DNA from: an uncultured Flavobacteriales bacterium
GTDB taxonomy: Bacteria; Bacteroidota; Bacteroidia; Flavobacteriales_E; Vicingaceae
Direction of reading: 5' to 3'
Length of the DNA stretch: 64,000 nt
NCBI GenBank assembly: GCA_913056345.1
Contig: CAJXMH010000003.1
Coordinates: 38,694-102,693 of the forward strand
Positions 19,867 through 30,171 of this stretch are shown in pieces (the first letter of the stretch is position 1; the number at the start of each line of letters is the position of its first letter). The position numbers and the translations under genes were made by a program. Below the pieces are notes generated by a model that was not told the DNA's origin, searched no databases, and worked only from the letters and a program-made list of their open reading frames with translations.

Positions 19867-21184
19867 ATTACTCGCTTGCAGCCTTTTCCTTTTGCTCTTC
19901 AACTCTTCGCTTCAAGCGCAAAAAACCACTCATTCTCCATATTCTAGGTATGGAATCGGTTTGTTGAATCCAAAGAATGCAAATTCCAATATGGCTATGG
20001 GCGGCTTTGGCTATGCATGGCGTCCGCAAAATTATAAGCCGCAGATCTATGATTCTTTAGCTCGAAGTAATGCAAAGTTAAACGATCGAGGAACCAATTT
20101 TATTAACCTTAAAAATCCTGCCTCTTACTCAAACTTCAGCTTAACCACTTTTGAGGCCGGCATATATGCTCAAGGCGAACAACTAAGTGCAGGTCAGCAA
20201 ACCAGCACAGAAAATACTGCCTTTTTAAGCCATGTTACACTGGCCATGCCAATTGCTAAAAAGTGGGGTTTGGGTTTTGGTCTTCGTCCTTTTAGCAAAT
20301 TGGGCTATGATTATACCAATCAAGATATACTTGCAAGCGGACAAGTGGTGAATAACCTTTATAGCGGTTCGGGAGGTCTAAACCAATTGTTTCTAGGAAC
20401 AGCCTATGAGCTGAACAAAAACTTATCCATTGGAGTCAGTGCAGCATATGTTTTTGGTAGACTAGAGGATGAAAGTAGAGTAGTTTATGAAGAAGGTTCT
20501 AGTTTTTTCAATACGCTAGACCAAAATCAGTTGAGAGTTAATGACTTTACTTTTGATTTTGGGCTACAGTATTTCGCTTCTTTGAATCAAGATTATAGAT
20601 TGGTAGCAGCTTTGAATTTGGCTCCCATTTCCGACTTACAAGCTGAGCGCTTTCAGTTGATACGGAATTATGCAGGCGAGCAAGATTTTGAGAATTTCAA
20701 AGACACCATTAGGAATGTTGAGGCTTTAGAAACTCAAATTGCAATAGCCAGCTCCCTAGGCGGAGGGCTTAGCATTGAAAAGAAGGGAGAATGGCTCGTA
20801 GGACTTGATTACACCTTCTTCCAAAGAGAGGAAGAAGAGGTTGAGCCGGGTATAGTTTTCGATACTTACTCAGAAATAAACTTAGGCTTTGAACGTTTCA
20901 ATAAACTTAATTCATTTGGTTCTTATTTCAAACAAATGGGATATCGAGCAGGTTTACGCTATAATACGGGGTTCATATCCATTAATGGAGAGGCAGTAGA
21001 GGAGTTTGGCATAGGCTTTGGTATAGTGATGCCGTTGAGGAAGTCCTTCTCTACTTTAAATCTAGGTCTTGAAGTAGGCAGAAGAGGAAGAGATGAAGGA
21101 GCCTTAATTGAAGAGAACTTTTTAAACTTTCAACTTGGTGTAACCATCAACGATAAGTGGTTCATTCAGCGTAAATACGACTAA
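19838..21184 (+). CDS. outer-membrane beta-barrel protein (family uncertain)
   Basis: 448 aa with a signal peptide (LLACSLFLLLFNSSLQAQ), an SPYSRYGIGLL N-terminal motif and alternating-hydrophobicity G/Y/F-rich strands throughout. It overlaps the coaX end by 29 nt. Confidence 0.6.
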   Translation: MKYFFTTAIKLLACSLFLLLFNSSLQAQKTTHSPYSRYGIGLLNPKNANSNMAMGGFGYAWRPQNYKPQIYDSLARSNAKLNDRGTNFINLKNPASYSNFSLTTFEAGIYAQGEQLSAGQQTSTENTAFLSHVTLAMPIAKKWGLGFGLRPFSKLGYDYTNQDILASGQVVNNLYSGSGGLNQLFLGTAYELNKNLSIGVSAAYVFGRLEDESRVVYEEGSSFFNTLDQNQLRVNDFTFDFGLQYFASLNQDYRLVAALNLAPISDLQAERFQLIRNYAGEQDFENFKDTIRNVEALETQIAIASSLGGGLSIEKKGEWLVGLDYTFFQREEEEVEPGIVFDTYSEINLGFERFNKLNSFGSYFKQMGYRAGLRYNTGFISINGEAVEEFGIGFGIVMPLRKSFSTLNLGLEVGRRGRDEGALIEENFLNFQLGVTINDKWFIQRKYD

Positions 21185-21222
21185 TACTAACAAATAGATA
21201 ATCGAAAATTAAAACAATAAAA

Positions 21223-22521
21223 ATGAAAAAGCTCAGTCTAGTATTTTTAGCAGCCTTTCTAAGTTTAACCGCTTTCTCACAAAGTAAATACGGTGAAGAC
21301 AGTGTAAAGTGCGTTCAAAACCTTTCTTTATACCGCGATTACTACAAACAGAAAGTATACGATGATGCTTATAAATATTGGCATATCGTTTACACCATTT
21401 GTCCAGCTTCTTCTGAGCGGATGTATGTAGATGGAACCAATCTGGTAGAGTATAAAATGAAGAAAGCTGAAAGCAATGAGGTTAAGTTAGCCTACTTCGA
21501 TACTTTAATGATGGTTTATGACCAGCGTATAGAAAACTTTGGCAAGGAAGGGTATGTGCTTGGTAGAAAAGGAACAGATATGCTACGTTATAAAAGTTCT
21601 GATGCTGAATCAGCATACAATACCTTAGCAAAGTCAGTTGAATTACAAGGAAATAAATCTGAGGCTGGGGCTTTGGTTTCATATATGAATGCAGCAGTCC
21701 TCATGGAAAAGAAAGAAAAGAAGACCCCTGCAGAAATTGTGACAATTTTTACTCAACTAAGTGGAATAGTTGATCATAACTTAAAGAAGTATGCTGGTAA
21801 AAAAACTGCTTCTTATTATGAGCGTGCTCAAAGCAGTATTGAAAAACTTGCTAGCCCATACTTAAGCTGCGATGTTTTAATTGAGATGGCTACAAAGAAT
21901 TATGAGAAACAAAAAGAGAATCAATCTTGGATGGAGAGAACAGCTAATATTTTAGACCAAAAGGGATGTACAGACGCTCAAGTGTTCTTTGATATTGCGA
22001 ACACCATGCATGCAACAAACCCATCTGCAGTTTCAGCCGAGAAAATGGGAATCCTTTCTTTGAAGAAGAAGAATTACCGCGAAGCAGCTGATTTTTTCAA
22101 GCAAGCTTTAGAAATGGCTGATCAAGAGGCTGATAAATCTAAGTATTACATTGAACTGGCTCAGGCATATAGCAGCATGGGTTCATACAGCAGCGCTAGA
22201 TCGAATGCATTAAAGGCTGCAAAGGAAAAAGAAGGTTACGGCTTACCTTACATTATGATCGCAGATATGATTGGAGGTAGTTCTTCTGCTTGCAAAAGTG
22301 ATGACCCTTGTGTGCAAAAAGCCATTTATTGGTTGGCGGTTGATTATTTAAACCGTGCAAAGTCAGTAGATCCTTCGGTAGCTGAAAAAGCGAATGCTAA
22401 AATTGCAAGCTATAAAAAGTACTACCCAACCAAAGAGGATTGCTTTTTTAAGGGAATCAAAGAAGGACAAACAGTTGAAATTGGCTGCTGGATTGGTGAG
22501 TCAACCAAAGCACGCTTTTAA
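21223..22521 (+). CDS. secreted tetratricopeptide-repeat-like protein
   Basis: 432 aa with a signal peptide (LVFLAAFLSLTAFSQS) and helical repeat segments such as YREAADFFKQALEMAD and YYIELAQAYSSMGSYSSARSNALKA. Confidence 0.55.
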   Translation: MKKLSLVFLAAFLSLTAFSQSKYGEDSVKCVQNLSLYRDYYKQKVYDDAYKYWHIVYTICPASSERMYVDGTNLVEYKMKKAESNEVKLAYFDTLMMVYDQRIENFGKEGYVLGRKGTDMLRYKSSDAESAYNTLAKSVELQGNKSEAGALVSYMNAAVLMEKKEKKTPAEIVTIFTQLSGIVDHNLKKYAGKKTASYYERAQSSIEKLASPYLSCDVLIEMATKNYEKQKENQSWMERTANILDQKGCTDAQVFFDIANTMHATNPSAVSAEKMGILSLKKKNYREAADFFKQALEMADQEADKSKYYIELAQAYSSMGSYSSARSNALKAAKEKEGYGLPYIMIADMIGGSSSACKSDDPCVQKAIYWLAVDYLNRAKSVDPSVAEKANAKIASYKKYYPTKEDCFFKGIKEGQTVEIGCWIGESTKARF

Positions 22522-23088
22522 TTGAACAGTAAGCTTAATACTTTACAAAACACACTCAGAGCAGGATGTTTGATCTTGTTTTTGAGTGTGTTTTTTGCTT
22601 GTGAAAATGATCCTGAGGAGGTTGAAAAATACAACCAAGAAAAACGATACCCAGTCCAGTCAGGCAAGAATGTGGAAATCTTGTATAGCACTAAAGGTAG
22701 AATCAAGTTTAAACTTAAAGCTCCTGTTCTAGATCAGTATACAGGAGAAGAACCATACCGTGAAATGCCCGAAGGCGTGCACATTCAAGTTTATGACTCC
22801 TTAATGCAGCTTACTTCAGAGCTTACGGCTAATTATGCCATAGATAAGGAATACGAAGAGGTGATGGAGGCAAAAGAAGACGTAGTTTTGATCAACAACA
22901 AAGGTGAAAAATTGAATACGGAACACCTCGTTTGGAATCAGCAGACAGATGAGATCACCTCTGATGTTTTTGTTAAAATCACCACTGAAGATCAAATTTT
23001 GATGGGTGAAGGCTTAGTTGCTAATCCTGACTTTACTGAATATAAAATACTGGAGCCGAGAGGTGTAATTAACATTGATGATGATTAA
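22522..23088 (+). CDS. lptC: LPS export periplasmic protein LptC (lipoprotein type)
   Basis: 188 aa with lipobox LSVFFACEN. The blocks VEILYSTKGRIKFKLKAP..., ELTANYAIDKE and LVWNQQTDEITSDVFVKI match Bacteroidota LptC. The ORF begins at TTG directly after the upstream stop and has no ATG before the signal peptide. Confidence 0.75.
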   Translation: MNSKLNTLQNTLRAGCLILFLSVFFACENDPEEVEKYNQEKRYPVQSGKNVEILYSTKGRIKFKLKAPVLDQYTGEEPYREMPEGVHIQVYDSLMQLTSELTANYAIDKEYEEVMEAKEDVVLINNKGEKLNTEHLVWNQQTDEITSDVFVKITTEDQILMGEGLVANPDFTEYKILEPRGVINIDDD

Positions 23089-23281
23089 AGTCGTTAAATT
23101 CATGGAAAAGGTTTGGCTTATGCTTAGCATACTAACCTTTTTAATTGGAATCTACCATTCCATTCAAAATACCGTTTATGATGCCTTGTATTTCTTCGGT
23201 TTTTCTGCGGTAGCCATTATTCTTTTTATTTTTAGAAGAAAGCAAAGACAACTTTATGAGCGTAATCAGTCAGATGATTGA
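23075..23281 (+). CDS. small two-TM membrane protein (hypothetical)
   Basis: 68-aa ORF with two hydrophobic helices (WLMLSILTFLIGIY and FFGFSAVAIILFIF). The likely start is MEKVW at 23102. Its small size makes it uncertain. Confidence 0.4.
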   Translation: MMMIKVVKFMEKVWLMLSILTFLIGIYHSIQNTVYDALYFFGFSAVAIILFIFRRKQRQLYERNQSDD

Positions 23282-23308
23282 TTACCTTTGAATTAGTTCG
23301 AAATAACC

Positions 23309-24577
23309 ATGGACACCTCTTCCGCCTTTGGCGTAATCTTAGCAATGCTCATCCTCTCTGCCTTCTTTTCAGGTATGGAGATTGCTTTCGTTTCTGCTAA
23401 TAAGCTCAAAATAGAATTAGACGGAAAGCAAGGAGATTTTTTTGCTCAAATCATTGCTCGGTTTCTTAAGAAGCCTTCTAGGTTTATTGGTGCTATGTTG
23501 GTCGGAAATAACATAGCCCTTGTGGTTTACGGTATATACATGGCCAAGCTACTAGAACCGAAAATTGCAGCCTACACCGAAAGTGATTTTTTAATTCTAC
23601 TGTTACAGACATTAGTTTCAACCATTATCATTCTAATCACTGCAGAATTTTTACCTAAAACGCTTTTTAGGATCAATCCCAATTTAGTACTGCGCTTTTT
23701 TGCCTTTCCTTTATTGTTGATCTATTGGCTCTTACTTCTACCCATGTTACTGATCATTGGTCTATCAGAAATGTTGATCAAGCTTTTTTCTCCTAACCTT
23801 AACATGGATGATGAACTCAATTTTGGGCGAGTAGATCTAGAACATTTTATTCGAGAAGGAACTGAAAACAGTGATGAAGACGAAGAGGTAGAACATGAAA
23901 TTCAGATTTTCCAAAATGCCTTAGACTTTTCAAAAGTTAAAGCCCGTGAATGCATGGTGCCCCGAACTGAAGTGGTAGCCATGGACATTGAAGACAGCAT
24001 TGAAAATCTACAAGCCAAGTTCATAGAGACCGGTCTTTCAAAAATTATGATCTACCGCGATAATATCGACAATGTAATTGGCTATACCCATTCATTTGAA
24101 TTGTTTAAAAATCCTGATAGTATAAAGGCTATTTTACTGCCAATACCCATTATTGCTAACTCCATGCCGGCTAATGAAATTTTGGAAAATCTCTTAAAGC
24201 AAAAACGGAGTGTGGCCGTGGTGGTAGATGAATTTGGCGGAACTTCCGGTATCCTTACCATAGAAGATGTAATTGAAGAGATATTTGGCGAGATCGAGGA
24301 TGAGCACGATAAGGAAGACCTAATCGAAAACCGCATTAATGAGCAGGAGTTTCTTTTTTCTGCCCGCCTTGAGGTTGATTACATCAATCAAGAATACAAT
24401 TTGAATTTACCCGAAAACGACAATTACGAAACCTTAGCAGGTCTGATTATCGATTACCATGAAAGTATTCCGATCATGAACGAAGTAATCGGCATGGAGG
24501 ATTTCGTTTTTACCGTAAAAAAGGTATATGAAAATAAGATCGATTTAATTCATTTGAAGGTAAAAGAAGAGGATTGA
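23309..24577 (+). CDS. HlyC/CorC (CNNM) family transporter: DUF21 + CBS pair + CorC_HlyC
   Basis: 422 aa with an N-terminal 4-TM DUF21 domain (SAFFSGMEIAFVSANK), CBS-pair region (ARECMVPRTEVVAM..) and VDEFGGTSGILTIEDVIEEIFGEIEDEHD. Confidence 0.88.
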   Translation: MDTSSAFGVILAMLILSAFFSGMEIAFVSANKLKIELDGKQGDFFAQIIARFLKKPSRFIGAMLVGNNIALVVYGIYMAKLLEPKIAAYTESDFLILLLQTLVSTIIILITAEFLPKTLFRINPNLVLRFFAFPLLLIYWLLLLPMLLIIGLSEMLIKLFSPNLNMDDELNFGRVDLEHFIREGTENSDEDEEVEHEIQIFQNALDFSKVKARECMVPRTEVVAMDIEDSIENLQAKFIETGLSKIMIYRDNIDNVIGYTHSFELFKNPDSIKAILLPIPIIANSMPANEILENLLKQKRSVAVVVDEFGGTSGILTIEDVIEEIFGEIEDEHDKEDLIENRINEQEFLFSARLEVDYINQEYNLNLPENDNYETLAGLIIDYHESIPIMNEVIGMEDFVFTVKKVYENKIDLIHLKVKEED

Positions 24578-24685
24578 TATAAGTTTTTAAGCTTTACAGC
24601 CACGCCCCTCTTAGCTAATTTTTTAACCTTTTATTATTCAGTTTACTATCGTATATTCGCAACCCTAAAATTTTAATAGACTTCA

Positions 24686-26764
24686 ATGGCAATTATTGGA
24701 AAAATCAGACAGCAGTCAACGCTGGTATTAATCATTATTGGTGGAGCCATTATGGCTTTTGTGTTAAGTGATTTGTTTAGTTCACAAGGAGGGGGTTCTC
24801 AAGGCCCCATGAATGTTGGTTTAGTAAATGAAACGCCTATCACACCAACCGAGTTTGAATTAAAAGTAAATCAAGCTTACGAAACCTACAAGCTCAACAC
24901 CCAAACCCAAGGGAGTTTAGATGAGAAAACAAAATCTCAGATCAGGGAGCAGGTTTGGAATGAAAAACTAGCCGATATCTTGATTGGTGGACAGATGGAA
25001 GAACTCGGAGTTGATGTAACCTCCAAAGAGCTTTTTGATATGGTGCAAGGCGCTAATCCTCACCCTCAAATCGTACAGGCTTTTACCGATCCAAATACTG
25101 GTCAATTCGATAAGAATGCAGTGATTCAATTCTTACAGAATTTAGATAATGATCCTGAAACAAAGCAGCGTTGGTTGGTTTTTGAAAAAGCCATTAAGCG
25201 AAATCAGTATTTTAACAAGTTCAATACCTTGATCAGTAAAGGTTTCTATATGCCTTCAGCTTTGGCCGAAAAGGAATACAAAGAAGAAAACACTACCCTT
25301 AATTTCAAGTACGTTTACAAGCCTTTCACAGCTTTAAATGATACTGCTGTTCAGGTAAGTGATCAAGAGTTGCAGGCTTATTACAAAGAACATCAAGATG
25401 AATATGAGCAAGAGGCTAGCACAAAGGTTTTCTATGCATACTTTCCCGTTGCTCCTTCTGCCCTTGATAATGAAAGGGCTAAGCGATATATGGACGAAGC
25501 AAAACCTCGTTTTGAAAAGGCGGAAAACGATTCACTTTTTGTGAATGCGAATTCTGATGATCCTTTTGACCCTCGTTTTTTCAGCATTGACCAAGCACCT
25601 GCAAATGCAGATACTGCTTTGTGGAACAAAGAGGTTGGCGCCATGACTGATGTCTTTAAAGTAGGAGACAATTATTATCTCCAAAAGGTAACTGCCACTA
25701 AAATGGCTCCAGACTCAGTGAATGCCCGTCATATATTGATCAATACTCAGGAAAGAAGTCTTGAGCGAGCTGAGAAATTGGCTGATAGTTTAAAGCAAGC
25801 CATTGAAGCCGGTGCTGATTTTGCTGAATTAGCTATGACCTATTCTGATGATGTTGGATCAGGGCAAAAAGGCGGTGATTTGGATTGGTTTACTGAAGGT
25901 ATGATGGTGAAGCCCTTTAACGATGCTGCTTTTGCAGCAGAAGTAGGCGACTTGATCAAAGTAACCACACAGTTTGGGATTCATCTAATTGAAGTAAAAG
26001 AGAGAACTGAGCCCAAGAAAAAAATTCAATTGGCTGTTGTGCGTCGCATGGCAGAAGCAGGTAAAGAGACTTACGAAGAAGTATTTAATAATGCCAACAG
26101 CTTTTCTATTGAGGCACAGGATATTGAAAGCTTCAATAGTTTAGTAAAAGAAAAGAATGTGCAGCGTAGAGTAGCGGTACTAGGACCTGATGATGTAGCT
26201 TTCCCTAATTTAGAGGCATCTAGAGACATTGTGAGATGGGTAAGAGATGCCAATGAAGGTGATATTTCCGAACCCTACGATACAGATGACGCCTTTGTAG
26301 TGGTGGCAGTTGAGAATATTAGTGAGAAAGGTGTTCCACCTCTTGAAGATGTAAGAGGTAGAGTTGAATACTATACCAAGCAAGAGAAGAAAGCTGAGAT
26401 GTTTAAAAATGAGATGTCAGGCGCTACAGATCTAGGAAGTTTGGCTGCTAAACTTGGTTTAAGCGTGGAGAATGCTGTTGGCGTTTCTTTGGCAAATCCA
26501 AGTATTGAAAACGTGGGTTTTGAACCTGCTGTGGTTGGGAAGGCCTTAACTTTGGAGAGCAATCAAATGAGTGTACCCATTAAAGGGAACAATGGTGTAT
26601 TTGTAATAATGCTAGAGCAAAAATCTGATCCGGGTGCTGCAAATTTAGTGGCTGTAAGAAGCGCTAAATCAAGGGCAGTTAAAGCACGATTAGACAATGG
26701 TGCTTTACTGGAAGCCCTGAAGGAGAAAGCAGATATTGAAGACAATAGATCGAAGTTTTATTAA
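24686..26764 (+). CDS. periplasmic chaperone / peptidyl-prolyl isomerase (PpiD-like, parvulin domain)
   Basis: 692 aa with an N-terminal TM anchor (LVLIIIGGAIMAFVLS) and a parvulin block ARHILI...YSDDVGSGQKGGDLDWFTEGMMVKPFNDAAF...TQFGIHLIEV. Confidence 0.88.
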   Translation: MAIIGKIRQQSTLVLIIIGGAIMAFVLSDLFSSQGGGSQGPMNVGLVNETPITPTEFELKVNQAYETYKLNTQTQGSLDEKTKSQIREQVWNEKLADILIGGQMEELGVDVTSKELFDMVQGANPHPQIVQAFTDPNTGQFDKNAVIQFLQNLDNDPETKQRWLVFEKAIKRNQYFNKFNTLISKGFYMPSALAEKEYKEENTTLNFKYVYKPFTALNDTAVQVSDQELQAYYKEHQDEYEQEASTKVFYAYFPVAPSALDNERAKRYMDEAKPRFEKAENDSLFVNANSDDPFDPRFFSIDQAPANADTALWNKEVGAMTDVFKVGDNYYLQKVTATKMAPDSVNARHILINTQERSLERAEKLADSLKQAIEAGADFAELAMTYSDDVGSGQKGGDLDWFTEGMMVKPFNDAAFAAEVGDLIKVTTQFGIHLIEVKERTEPKKKIQLAVVRRMAEAGKETYEEVFNNANSFSIEAQDIESFNSLVKEKNVQRRVAVLGPDDVAFPNLEASRDIVRWVRDANEGDISEPYDTDDAFVVVAVENISEKGVPPLEDVRGRVEYYTKQEKKAEMFKNEMSGATDLGSLAAKLGLSVENAVGVSLANPSIENVGFEPAVVGKALTLESNQMSVPIKGNNGVFVIMLEQKSDPGAANLVAVRSAKSRAVKARLDNGALLEALKEKADIEDNRSKFY

Positions 26765-26785
26765 ACTTCATCGATTAGCGAATAA

Positions 26786-26817
26786 AAGGCAAATCTTTAC
26801 CAGGGTTTGCCTTTTTT
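26786..26817 (+). terminator. rho-independent terminator after the ppiD-like gene
   Basis: Stem AAGGCAAA (26786-26793) / TTTGCCTT (26806-26813) is followed by TTTT. It abuts the stop of the convergent 678-aa gene. Confidence 0.6.
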
Positions 26818-28852
26818 AGTAGCCGTAATAAGTCAAATCAACAGAGCGATATTCGAATTCTTCAAAGCCACGGTTCCAGATATAAACTGCCAATTCTGTT
26901 TCTTCATCGTCATAAAAGTTAAGCGGTTGATAGCAAAAGATTCGATTCCATTTTGCGTCAGCCTTAGAAAAATCCTTTAAGTCTAAAGCACGATAAAAAA
27001 GTAGCTTTTGGCTGCTTAAATGCTTAGCTGTGATCACCAATTGCGCTTGTGACTGCTGGCTAACACCTGCTATATCCAAAGAGAGGTTCAGCCCACCATT
27101 GATGGGTAAGCTTTTCTTAAGCTTTCTTTTAAAGGTTAAACTGTACTCTCGATCTGATACTACTTTACCTTTTTTCGCGCTGTCTGCCAAAGTGAGGTTA
27201 CTCCAATATTGGGAGGGCTTTCTTAAGTCGAGTTTTTCAGTAAAAAGAACTTTTTCTTTTTCATAATTAAAGAAATTTTCAAGCTGGTGTTTCTTTTTTT
27301 CGCTTGCTTTCTGCGCAACTATAATAGGACCTGCATCTAATACAACCTCAAAGTGATTAAGGTAGCTCGGGTATTCTGGGTGGTAGACCGAAAAGTACTG
27401 CTGCTTCCGAAAGATGAAATAGTCAAAAGGCCAATCAAGCACTTTATCCATAAGATTCGGCTCATTCCATTTGAGTAAATACCCTTTATGCTCTAACAAG
27501 ATAAAGGGCAAGTTTGGGGCTTGTTCTGCTCCGGCAACAAGCAGACGCTCCTCTTCTTTGATTTCTAGCTGGTCTATTCGTGGTTTTGCTAGTTTATAAT
27601 CTTCAATGATCGAGCTTGTGTTTTGCCAGGGCTTTTCAATTACAGCCTCCTTTGTTCTATAAACTCCCTCCACACCTATGATCGAGATGAAAAGTAAAAT
27701 AATTGAAGTTTTCAGTTTCAAATCGAGCCGGTTTAAAGAAATTTCAAGTCTGGAAAGTAACAATACCAACAATAGTAAAGTAGGGTAGAGGTAAGTATCT
27801 ATAAAGTAATAATCGTGGTCGCGGAAGTTGGAGAACATGGCAAAGGTGAAAAGTACAACTCCTCCAAAGCAAAAGAAGGCAATGACACCAACAGGGTTAA
27901 GGCTTACTTTTCTTTTACTGCGGTACCATTGAAAACCTCCAAAGCCAATTAAAAATGCGAAAAAGATCCACTGGCTGAGGGATAGATAATGCAGTAGCCA
28001 AAGTTTATAAATGTTTTCAATAATACTTTTGGCAACTTCAAAGTTTGCAGCAGGCACTAAGTAATAAAGAAACACTGAGCCGTAATGGTATACCATGTGC
28101 AGGTTCATGTAATAATAGTGCAAACCAAAAGCGGTGAAACTCAAAAGAACTGAAGGGAGAAGTTCTAACTTGAGTTTTTTTTCTTTTAGGCTGTAAAAAC
28201 TTTCTGTAAGCAAAACTGCTATAAAGGGAATCAGCGCAGTGCTTCTGATTAGTGTGGTCAATGTGAAAAGTAAAACGCTTAAATAAAAGTGCTTGCTCTT
28301 CCCTTGTTTGCGGTAAAGCAAGTAAGTGTAAGTTCCAGCTAAAACAAAACTCAGTGTATTGGTGATATTTAAAAAGGAAAGCTGGTAGATTAAAAATACC
28401 GGACAGAAAAGCAGAAAAGCAACAAGCAAGCTGGATACTGAGAGCGAAAGCTGATTAAGTCTAGCAATCTTAAAGAGGGCAAAAAGACCAAGGAAACTAA
28501 GTAGAAAGTTGTACCACTGAAAGATCGCAACCGATCGAATATTAAAGGCTTTCATAATAGCGGCTACTGCGTATTCATGCAAAGGCAGGTTGACTGCAGT
28601 AATGCTATTTTCTTGGGCCTTTTTAAAGTTGTGTGGAAACTCCCGATTCATCAAATAGGTTTCCGGCTTGCTGAGGTCGAACCCATTATTCAAAAAACCG
28701 ATCGCTAAAGCATAACGGTCGTATTGGGCCCATGGGTGAACGGCTTTGGGCCATTCATTAAACCGACCGAATTGAATTACAAAACCCAAGCAGAAGAAGA
28801 GCAAAAGTATAAGCGCTTCTTTTTGCTTGGGTTTAAAATTAGTGGATGTCAA
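26816..28852 (-). CDS. polytopic membrane protein, GT-C/ArnT-PMT-like glycosyltransferase fold (putative) with C-terminal soluble domain
   Basis: 678 aa. The first ~400 aa contain more than 10 hydrophobic helices with long loops, as in GT-C (family 39/83-like) enzymes. The last ~270 aa are hydrophilic. The family call is inferred from architecture only. Confidence 0.5.
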   Translation of the reverse strand: MTSTNFKPKQKEALILLLFFCLGFVIQFGRFNEWPKAVHPWAQYDRYALAIGFLNNGFDLSKPETYLMNREFPHNFKKAQENSITAVNLPLHEYAVAAIMKAFNIRSVAIFQWYNFLLSFLGLFALFKIARLNQLSLSVSSLLVAFLLFCPVFLIYQLSFLNITNTLSFVLAGTYTYLLYRKQGKSKHFYLSVLLFTLTTLIRSTALIPFIAVLLTESFYSLKEKKLKLELLPSVLLSFTAFGLHYYYMNLHMVYHYGSVFLYYLVPAANFEVAKSIIENIYKLWLLHYLSLSQWIFFAFLIGFGGFQWYRSKRKVSLNPVGVIAFFCFGGVVLFTFAMFSNFRDHDYYFIDTYLYPTLLLLVLLLSRLEISLNRLDLKLKTSIILLFISIIGVEGVYRTKEAVIEKPWQNTSSIIEDYKLAKPRIDQLEIKEEERLLVAGAEQAPNLPFILLEHKGYLLKWNEPNLMDKVLDWPFDYFIFRKQQYFSVYHPEYPSYLNHFEVVLDAGPIIVAQKASEKKKHQLENFFNYEKEKVLFTEKLDLRKPSQYWSNLTLADSAKKGKVVSDREYSLTFKRKLKKSLPINGGLNLSLDIAGVSQQSQAQLVITAKHLSSQKLLFYRALDLKDFSKADAKWNRIFCYQPLNFYDDEETELAVYIWNRGFEEFEYRSVDLTYYGY

Positions 28853-28854
28853 GT

Positions 28855-30042
28855 TTAAATGACTTTCAGTTCTTGCCCTATTTTCTTGAAGGCAGCAATT
28901 GCTTGATCTAGATGCTCTTTATCATGAGCGGCAGAAAGCTGTACTCTGATCCTTGCTTGTTCTTTCGGTACTACAGGATAGAAAAAGCCAATCACATAAA
29001 TGCCTTCTTCTAGCAAGCGGTCTGCAAAAACTTGTGATAGTTTGGCATCATAAAGCATAATAGGAACGATTGCAGAGTCACCATCTTTATAGTCGAAACC
29101 TGCTTCAGCAACTCCTTTTTTGAAGTATGCTACATTCTCCATCAGCTTGTCTCTAAAGGCTGTCGTTTCATTTAAAATATCAAAAACAGCATTTGATGCA
29201 CCTACAATAGCAGGCGCAAGCGAGTTAGAGAATAAATAAGGTCTGGATCGCTGTCTTAGCATCTCAATGATTTCCTTTTTACCAGTAGTAAAACCACCCA
29301 TAGCACCTCCTAACGCTTTTCCAAGTGTTCCGGTTATGATGTCAACTCTACCTAAAACATTGCAGTACTCAGGTGTACCACGTCCTGTTTTGCCAATAAA
29401 ACCATGTGCATGACAATCATCTACCAAAACCATGGCATCATACTGATCTGCCAAGTCACAAACCTTGTCTAATTGTGCCACATAGCCATCCATTGAGAAT
29501 ACGCCATCCGTTACAATTATTCTAAAACGGTGGTCCTGAGCTTTTTTCAACTGCTCTTCTAGATCAGCCATGTTGTTGTTCTCATAGCGGTAGCGAGCAG
29601 CTTTACAAAGGCGCACCCCATCAATAATAGAAGCATGGTTCAAGGAGTCGGAAATAATTGCATCCTCTTTCGTCAATAAAGGTTCAAAAACTCCTCCATT
29701 AGCATCAAAAGCGGCAGCGTAAAGGATGGTATCCTCTGTGCCACAGAAATCGGCAATTTTAGCCTCTAGCTCTTTGTGAATGTCTTGTGTTCCACAGATA
29801 AAGCGTACTGAAGACATTCCAAAACCATGGCTATCTAAAGTATCTTTAGCTGCTTGCACCACTTTGGGGTGAGAGGATAGCCCTAGGTAATTGTTTGCAC
29901 AGAAATTGATTACCTCTTTTCCGTCACTTAGTTTGATCACGGCATCTTGCTGCGATGTGATAATCCGTTCCTTTTTATAAAGACCGTCTTCCTCGATTTG
30001 CTTTAATTCTTCCTTTAAATATTCTTTTATTTTCCCGTACAT
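28855..30042 (-). CDS. kbl: glycine C-acetyltransferase (2-amino-3-ketobutyrate CoA ligase)
   Basis: 395 aa with [27 protein letters not shown] (PLP Lys) and overall alpha-oxoamine synthase features. Confidence 0.9.
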   Translation of the reverse strand: MYGKIKEYLKEELKQIEEDGLYKKERIITSQQDAVIKLSDGKEVINFCANNYLGLSSHPKVVQAAKDTLDSHGFGMSSVRFICGTQDIHKELEAKIADFCGTEDTILYAAAFDANGGVFEPLLTKEDAIISDSLNHASIIDGVRLCKAARYRYENNNMADLEEQLKKAQDHRFRIIVTDGVFSMDGYVAQLDKVCDLADQYDAMVLVDDCHAHGFIGKTGRGTPEYCNVLGRVDIITGTLGKALGGAMGGFTTGKKEIIEMLRQRSRPYLFSNSLAPAIVGASNAVFDILNETTAFRDKLMENVAYFKKGVAEAGFDYKDGDSAIVPIMLYDAKLSQVFADRLLEEGIYVIGFFYPVVPKEQARIRVQLSAAHDKEHLDQAIAAFKKIGQELKVI

Positions 30043-30116
30043 ATAATCTTATTAGTTTAAACCAAAAATATTCATTTTACCAGCCATCAGAAAAAAAATA
30101 AGCGCTAGATTGTTCA

Positions 30117-30147
30117 AAATAAAAAAGGCGGATCATGCAGATCCGCC
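30117..30147 (-). terminator. rho-independent terminator after gdhA
   Basis: On the minus strand GGCGGATC-tgca-tGATCCGCC (30127-30147) is followed by TTTTTTATTT. It lies 25 nt after the gdhA stop. Confidence 0.8.
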
Positions 30148-30171
30148 CATCTTTCTAGAAATTGGAATCTC

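Noticed and set aside
23309-24577. Calling the DUF21-CBS-CorC protein GldE (gliding motility).
   Set aside because: GldE is a member of this family, but as I recall it is defined by linkage to gldD/ssb. Here the neighbours are lptC and a ppiD-like gene, which fits the paralogous CorC/HlyC transporter, so I left the symbol blank.
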